A DNA stretch of 64,000 nucleotides from a bacterium. GTDB taxonomy: Bacteria; Patescibacteriota; Saccharimonadia; CAILAD01; GCA-016700035. The stretch's first letter is position 1; each line of letters begins with the position of its first letter. The stretch is from assembly GCA_016700035.1 (NCBI GenBank), contig CP064998.1, positions 199,021 to 263,020 of the forward strand. The letters are read 5' to 3'. Under the pieces are notes generated by a model, which saw nothing but the letters and a program-made list of their open reading frames with translations, was not told the origin of the DNA and did no database searches. This document shows positions 59,183 to 64,000 of the stretch, one piece after another. A program made the position numbers and the translations under genes.

Positions 59183-60736
59183 ATGGCAGAAGTTTTACCA
59201 GAGATTGAAGCATTTGCTCGTATAAAAGTGATCGGTATCGGTGGCGGTGGCGGTAACTCACTAAACCGCATGATTCAATCAAAAATCCGCGGTATTGAGT
59301 TTATTGCTATTAATACCGATGCTCAGGCTCTGCATTACAGTCAGGCCAATAAGAAGATACATATTGGTAAAGAGACGACTCGAGGGCTTGGTGCTGGTGC
59401 TAACCCAGAAATTGGCGCTCAGGCTGCTGAAGAAAATGAAGACGAGATTTATGCTGCATTAAAAAATTCTGAGATGGTCTTTATTACTACTGGTGAAGGT
59501 GGTGGTACAGGCTCCGGGGCAGCTCCAGTGATTGCCCAGATAGCCAGAGATATTGGCGCACTTACTGTTGGTATTGTGACTCGGCCTTTTAAATTTGAAG
59601 GCGACCGTCGTCGTAAGATAGCCGAAGAAGGAATTCAACGACTCAAAGAAAAGGTAGATACCTTAATTGTTATTCCAAACGATCGTATACTCCAAATTAT
59701 TGATCGCAAGACATCACTTTTGGATGCTTTTGCGACGGTTGACGATATTCTTCGTCAAGGAGTTCAGGGTATCTCAGATCTGATTACGGTAAATGGTTTA
59801 GTTAACCTTGATTTTGCCGATGTTGAGGCGATTATGCGCGATGCCGGATCGGCACTTATGGGGATTGGTGTAGGCAATGGAGATAATCGAGCTGTAGATG
59901 CTGTTAAGCAGGCGATTGATAGCCCGCTGTTGGAGGTTTCAATCCAGGGCGCTAAAGGTGTAATGATTAACTTTACTGGTGGTCGAGATATGGGTATGCA
60001 TGAGATAGAGGAAGCTGCCCAATTGGTGCACAATAATGTTGATACCGACGCCAATATAATTTGGGGAATGGTTATTGATGAGAATATGAATAATGAGATA
60101 AAAGTTACTTTGGTTGCGACTGGCTTTGAGGCAGAGCGCGGTGAGCGCGGTGGGGCTTTGTTTGGTGGTGTACCACAGCCAATTGGACAGCGTAGTGTGG
60201 GTGATCTAGCAGATGAGCATGAGGCCGAGCAAGAAGAGGCACCTGTTGCGATGGGTACACCCGTACCGCTGGAACCGGTTACTAGCCAGTCAGACTTAGG
60301 ATTCTCCGGTATTCAGCCGTCTCCACCGGTGGTGTCTGAGCTAACCCCAGAAGAAGATGCGCTATCAACATTGGTGACCAATGGTCCTAGGGTCCGTAAT
60401 GATGTGTTGGTTAATAGGGAGCCTCTAATATCATCTGAGCCAGAAAATAACCAAAATAGACCGAAGGAAGATTCTGACACCCTCACGTCATCACTTTTTG
60501 ATGAGCCAATTCGACCATTTGATCAAGAATCAACTGAGCCGCCAACATCTGACTCAATTGCTTCCAAGAGGCCATCTAGCGCGTCCGAACAGGACCCTAA
60601 AACTATAGTTGAAACTCTTTCACCCAGTTTTGATGCGGCGGAAGAAGATGACTTTGATAAGCCCGCATATCTTCGCAAGGGGGTAAAGCTGGAGAGTTCC
60701 ATTATTGAGGTAACGGAGCCGACAGATACTAAGTAG
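59183..60736 (+). CDS. ftsZ: Cell division protein FtsZ with long disordered C-terminal tail
   Basis: Tubulin signature GGGTGSG. T7 loop NLDFADV. 517 aa with an acidic/Pro-rich tail. Confidence 0.9.
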   Translation: MAEVLPEIEAFARIKVIGIGGGGGNSLNRMIQSKIRGIEFIAINTDAQALHYSQANKKIHIGKETTRGLGAGANPEIGAQAAEENEDEIYAALKNSEMVFITTGEGGGTGSGAAPVIAQIARDIGALTVGIVTRPFKFEGDRRRKIAEEGIQRLKEKVDTLIVIPNDRILQIIDRKTSLLDAFATVDDILRQGVQGISDLITVNGLVNLDFADVEAIMRDAGSALMGIGVGNGDNRAVDAVKQAIDSPLLEVSIQGAKGVMINFTGGRDMGMHEIEEAAQLVHNNVDTDANIIWGMVIDENMNNEIKVTLVATGFEAERGERGGALFGGVPQPIGQRSVGDLADEHEAEQEEAPVAMGTPVPLEPVTSQSDLGFSGIQPSPPVVSELTPEEDALSTLVTNGPRVRNDVLVNREPLISSEPENNQNRPKEDSDTLTSSLFDEPIRPFDQESTEPPTSDSIASKRPSSASEQDPKTIVETLSPSFDAAEEDDFDKPAYLRKGVKLESSIIEVTEPTDTK

Positions 60737-60757
60737 GGCATTCGTTAGGAGTAGCAA

Positions 60758-61222
60758 ATGCGTTGTCCGCAATGTAAATCAAATAATAGTCGGGTGATGG
60801 AGTCTCGTGATGTCGAGGATTCTGGGTCGATACGTCGTCGTCGTGAATGCGAGAATTGTAGCCACCGCTTTACTACTTATGAGAGGCTAGAGTTGCCACG
60901 CTTGCTCGTGATAAAGAAAAACGGTGAGCGAGAGCTCTACAATCATGATAAATTAGCTACTGGTATTTATCGGGCTTGTGAGAAGCGTCCGGTGGACTCA
61001 GAGCGGATTGAGAAGTTAATATCGGAAATTGAGCGAGAACTGTACAGTTTTGGTGAGACCGAAATTACAAGTGGCGGTATTGGTGAGCTGGCGATGCGAG
61101 ACTTAGCGGAACTAGATGATGTGGCGTATGTGCGATTCGCTAGTGTATACAGAAGATTTACCAGTATTGAGAGCTTTGAGAAAGCCCTACAGCAGATTAA
61201 GCGACAACGAAAAAGCCAATAA
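60758..61222 (+). CDS. nrdR: Transcriptional repressor NrdR
   Basis: N-terminal zinc ribbon MRCPQCKS...CENCSHRFTTYE. ATP-cone. Confidence 0.85.
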   Translation: MRCPQCKSNNSRVMESRDVEDSGSIRRRRECENCSHRFTTYERLELPRLLVIKKNGERELYNHDKLATGIYRACEKRPVDSERIEKLISEIERELYSFGETEITSGGIGELAMRDLAELDDVAYVRFASVYRRFTSIESFEKALQQIKRQRKSQ

Positions 61223-61263
61223 AGCTAGAAAAAAGTTAAGCTTTATGCGTATTATATAAAGTA

Positions 61264-61536
61264 ATGCAAGTAATATTTTACGGTAAGCCAGATACAGTAT
61301 TAGAAGGGCGTGAATTTAGCCGATTAATTAGTGATGCTCGTAGTCAATTTGGTGAAGATGCGATAGAGCTACGCGATACAACCAGCCGAGACTCAATTGG
61401 TCAGATGGAAGCCTATCAGATTGTGAAGACTCCTGCAGTATTGATTATCCGTGATGATGGTGCACCAGTAGCACTATGGCAACACACTAAGCCATCATTA
61501 ACTGATATTAGTTATTATTATCAGTCGCGTAGTTAG
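61264..61536 (+). CDS. Hypothetical protein
   Basis: 90-aa ORF with no recognised motif. Confidence 0.3.
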   Translation: MQVIFYGKPDTVLEGREFSRLISDARSQFGEDAIELRDTTSRDSIGQMEAYQIVKTPAVLIIRDDGAPVALWQHTKPSLTDISYYYQSRS

Positions 61537-61601
61537 CTAACTCTTTAGAATTAGTAAGGGGGTATTGCCGAAAACAGGGCGAAAGAGCTACAATAACAGA
61601 T

Positions 61602-64000
61602 ATGAATAAGTATCATAAATCAGCGCTATCACAAGAAGAAGAGCGCATATTATCTTTTTGGCAGAAAAATGATATTTTTACTCGCTCTGTAGCTCAGCGT
61701 GAGGGGCAAGATCGCTTCGTATTTTATGATGGCCCACCGTTTGCTAATGGACTACCACATTTGGGTCATATCCTCACCTCAAGCCTTAAAGACGCTGTAA
61801 CACGCTACCAAACAATGCGTGGAAAATATGTGCCTCGCCGATTTGGTTGGGATTGCCATGGGCTACCACCAGAGCTTCTGGCCGAGAAGGAGTTAGGTAT
61901 TTCTGGCAAGAAAGCCATCGCAGAGTATGGTATTGAGAAATTTGTTGGATACTGTCGAGATTCGGTACTGCGCTTTACGGGTGAATGGCACGAATATGTT
62001 AGCCGGCTTGGTCGTTGGGTGGATTTTTCTGATGATTATCGAACTATGGATCAAGACTACATGGAGTCGGTGCTTTGGGCTTTTTCCGAACTATATAAAA
62101 AGGGCCTGATATATGAGGGCGAGCGAGTGGTGCCGTATAGCTATGGTGCTCAGACTGCAGTTTCAAATTTTGAAACTCGACAGGATGATAGCTATCGAGA
62201 TCGCGATGACTTAACGGCTACGGTACGATTTAGCTTGGTTGATGGGCGTAATCTATTAGGTTGGACTACAACTCCCTGGACTCTGCCGGCCAATATGCTT
62301 TTGGCAGTAAACCAGTCAATTACCTATGTTGAAATGCGTAAAGATGATGATGTGGTAATTTTAGCTGAAGCTGCCCTAGAGCGTTACCAAGAAGAGCTAG
62401 CAGGCTATCAGCGAGGTAAGAAGTTTGTGGGGGCGGATTTGGTGGGACTGACATATGCACCACTATTCCCGTATTTTGAAGGTCAGGATAGGGCATTTAG
62501 GGTCGTGTCTGCAGAATTTGTTGAGACTGGCGAGGGCACAGGGGTAGTGCATGTAGCACCAGGGCACGGTGAAGATGATTATTGGCTTGGCAAAAAAGAG
62601 CAGGTTTTGATAGCTAGCCCAGTTGATGATGATGGTCGTTTTACCGATGAGGTAAAAGATTATGTTGGTCGATTGGTCTTTGACGCCAACGGGGAAATCG
62701 TAGCCGATCTCGAGAAGAGTAAAAAGCTTTTTAGTAAAGCCATGATTACGCATAAATATCCACATTGTTGGCGGACTGATGTACCGATTATCTATCGTGC
62801 GATGAGCGCTTGGTTTGTTGATGTGCCAAAAATAAAAGACAAGCTATTAAGCGCGAATCAGAAGATAGAATGGCATCCAGAGCACGTTAAAGAGGGTGCA
62901 TTTGGTAAGTGGTTAGAAAATGCTCGGGAATGGAATATTAGCCGTAAGCGTTATTGGGGCGCGCCAATTCCAGTTTGGAAAACTGAAGATGGAGAGGTGG
63001 TTATTATTGGCTCAATTGAAGAATTACGCCGACGAGCAGTTAATCCAGATTTAGTGCAAGACTTACATCGCCCTACAGTTGACGCGATTGAGATTAAGAC
63101 TGATTCGGGTAAAATAGCACGACGGATCGAGGACGTGTTTGATTGTTGGTTTGAATCTGGATCTATGCCTTTTGCTCAGGTGCATTACCCATTTGAGAAT
63201 AAGGAGTTGTTCGAGTCTGGTCATCCAGCCGATTTTATTACAGAGTATGTTGGTCAAACACGAGGCTGGTTTTATACATTGCACGTCATGAGCGTGGCAT
63301 TATTTGACAAGCCGGCTTTTAAGCAGGCCTTAGCACACGGAATTTTACTTGGTAGTGACGGTCGCAAGCTCAGTAAGCGACTTGGCAACTATCCAGAAAA
63401 TACGGAAACATTTGATCAGTTTGGGTCTGATGCGATGAGGTTTTACCTATTTTCTACACCATTAGTTTCTGGCGAAACTGCCGTGTTTAATCAAAAATCC
63501 CTTCTGGAAGCACAACGAAATGTAATTCAGAGATTTAAAAATGTACAAACATTTTATTCAATGTATGCAAAAGTTGATAACTTTAAATCGAATAATAGTT
63601 TGACTCGTCCAAGTGTGAGTCATACACTTGATCGGTGGGTTTTAGCCCGACTTAGCGCGACGATTAAAGAAGTTACCAATTTGGCCGATGCGCTCGATGT
63701 ACAGGCCTTAACTCGGTCTCTGACGATCTTTTTAGATGATTTATCTAACTGGTATGTGCGTCGTAGCCGTCGTCGCTTCTGGAAGAGTGGAGATGATAGC
63801 GATAAGATGGAAGCCTACCAAACGCTGTACTGTGTCTTACTGCAAACTGCAAAGCTATTTGCTCCGTGGGCCCCTTTTATTGCAGAAGATGTTTGGCAGG
63901 AAGTATCTGACGGTAAGCTTGAGCAGTCGGTACATCTGGCAGAGTGGCCCACTCCAGAATACACAGATCAAGATATTATCAGACATATGGCAATTGTCCG
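61602..64000 (+). CDS. ileS: Isoleucine--tRNA ligase, N-terminal ~800 aa (3' end outside window)
   Basis: Not in the ORF table because it runs off the window. HIGH-type motif PFANGLPHLGH. Editing domain. KWLENAREWNISRKRYWGAPIPVW. Reading frame open to the window end. Confidence 0.9.
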   Translation, partial: MNKYHKSALSQEEERILSFWQKNDIFTRSVAQREGQDRFVFYDGPPFANGLPHLGHILTSSLKDAVTRYQTMRGKYVPRRFGWDCHGLPPELLAEKELGISGKKAIAEYGIEKFVGYCRDSVLRFTGEWHEYVSRLGRWVDFSDDYRTMDQDYMESVLWAFSELYKKGLIYEGERVVPYSYGAQTAVSNFETRQDDSYRDRDDLTATVRFSLVDGRNLLGWTTTPWTLPANMLLAVNQSITYVEMRKDDDVVILAEAALERYQEELAGYQRGKKFVGADLVGLTYAPLFPYFEGQDRAFRVVSAEFVETGEGTGVVHVAPGHGEDDYWLGKKEQVLIASPVDDDGRFTDEVKDYVGRLVFDANGEIVADLEKSKKLFSKAMITHKYPHCWRTDVPIIYRAMSAWFVDVPKIKDKLLSANQKIEWHPEHVKEGAFGKWLENAREWNISRKRYWGAPIPVWKTEDGEVVIIGSIEELRRRAVNPDLVQDLHRPTVDAIEIKTDSGKIARRIEDVFDCWFESGSMPFAQVHYPFENKELFESGHPADFITEYVGQTRGWFYTLHVMSVALFDKPAFKQALAHGILLGSDGRKLSKRLGNYPENTETFDQFGSDAMRFYLFSTPLVSGETAVFNQKSLLEAQRNVIQRFKNVQTFYSMYAKVDNFKSNNSLTRPSVSHTLDRWVLARLSATIKEVTNLADALDVQALTRSLTIFLDDLSNWYVRRSRRRFWKSGDDSDKMEAYQTLYCVLLQTAKLFAPWAPFIAEDVWQEVSDGKLEQSVHLAEWPTPEYTDQDIIRHMAIV

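Overview
The window looks like a reduced-genome Gram-positive-type bacterium, possibly Patescibacteria/CPR such as Saccharibacteria (inference from gene content, not verified). Evidence for that: short 4-domain S1, short IF-2, adenylate kinase without LID, sortase-type anchors, unlinked rRNA genes. Most of it is housekeeping: partial pheS, pheT, gyrB-gyrA, rpsA-ylxR-infB-rbfA, def-fmt-priA, secDF, recJ, rel, rpsU-yqeY-ybeY-dgkA-adk-map, ftsA-ftsZ-nrdR, partial ileS. It also holds a 16S rRNA gene (16347-17866) and a separate 23S-5S pair (27799-31283). The rRNA genes are unlinked. About 10 kb between 16S and 23S carries nine protein genes and an inverted tRNA-Ile/tRNA-Ala pair flanked by degenerate tRNA half-copies. 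16S and 23S each have their own leader/trailer processing stem. The most unusual features are: (1) an NlpC/P60 cysteine-peptidase domain inserted inside the B5 domain of PheT. (2) Three paralogous signal-anchored surface-enzyme genes (unknown domain, pectate-lyase-like beta-helix, GH114-like) that share a fibronectin-III cassette and an identical Cys/Trp-rich C-terminal tail (LTGRCFIIWCWGE). Two copies are apparently identical over ~675 bp and bracket the 23S-5S genes; the third paralog is broken by a +1 frameshift in an A-run. (3) A (CCAGCA)32 microsatellite encoding (Pro-Ala)32. (4) AT-rich expansion segments in the 23S. (5) A membrane HerA/DUF87-like ATPase followed by an LPXTG protein with a Pro22 linker. 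(6) Several variant sortase-like sorting signals (LPQTG, LADTG, TPATG). No CRISPR, integrase or transposase was seen.
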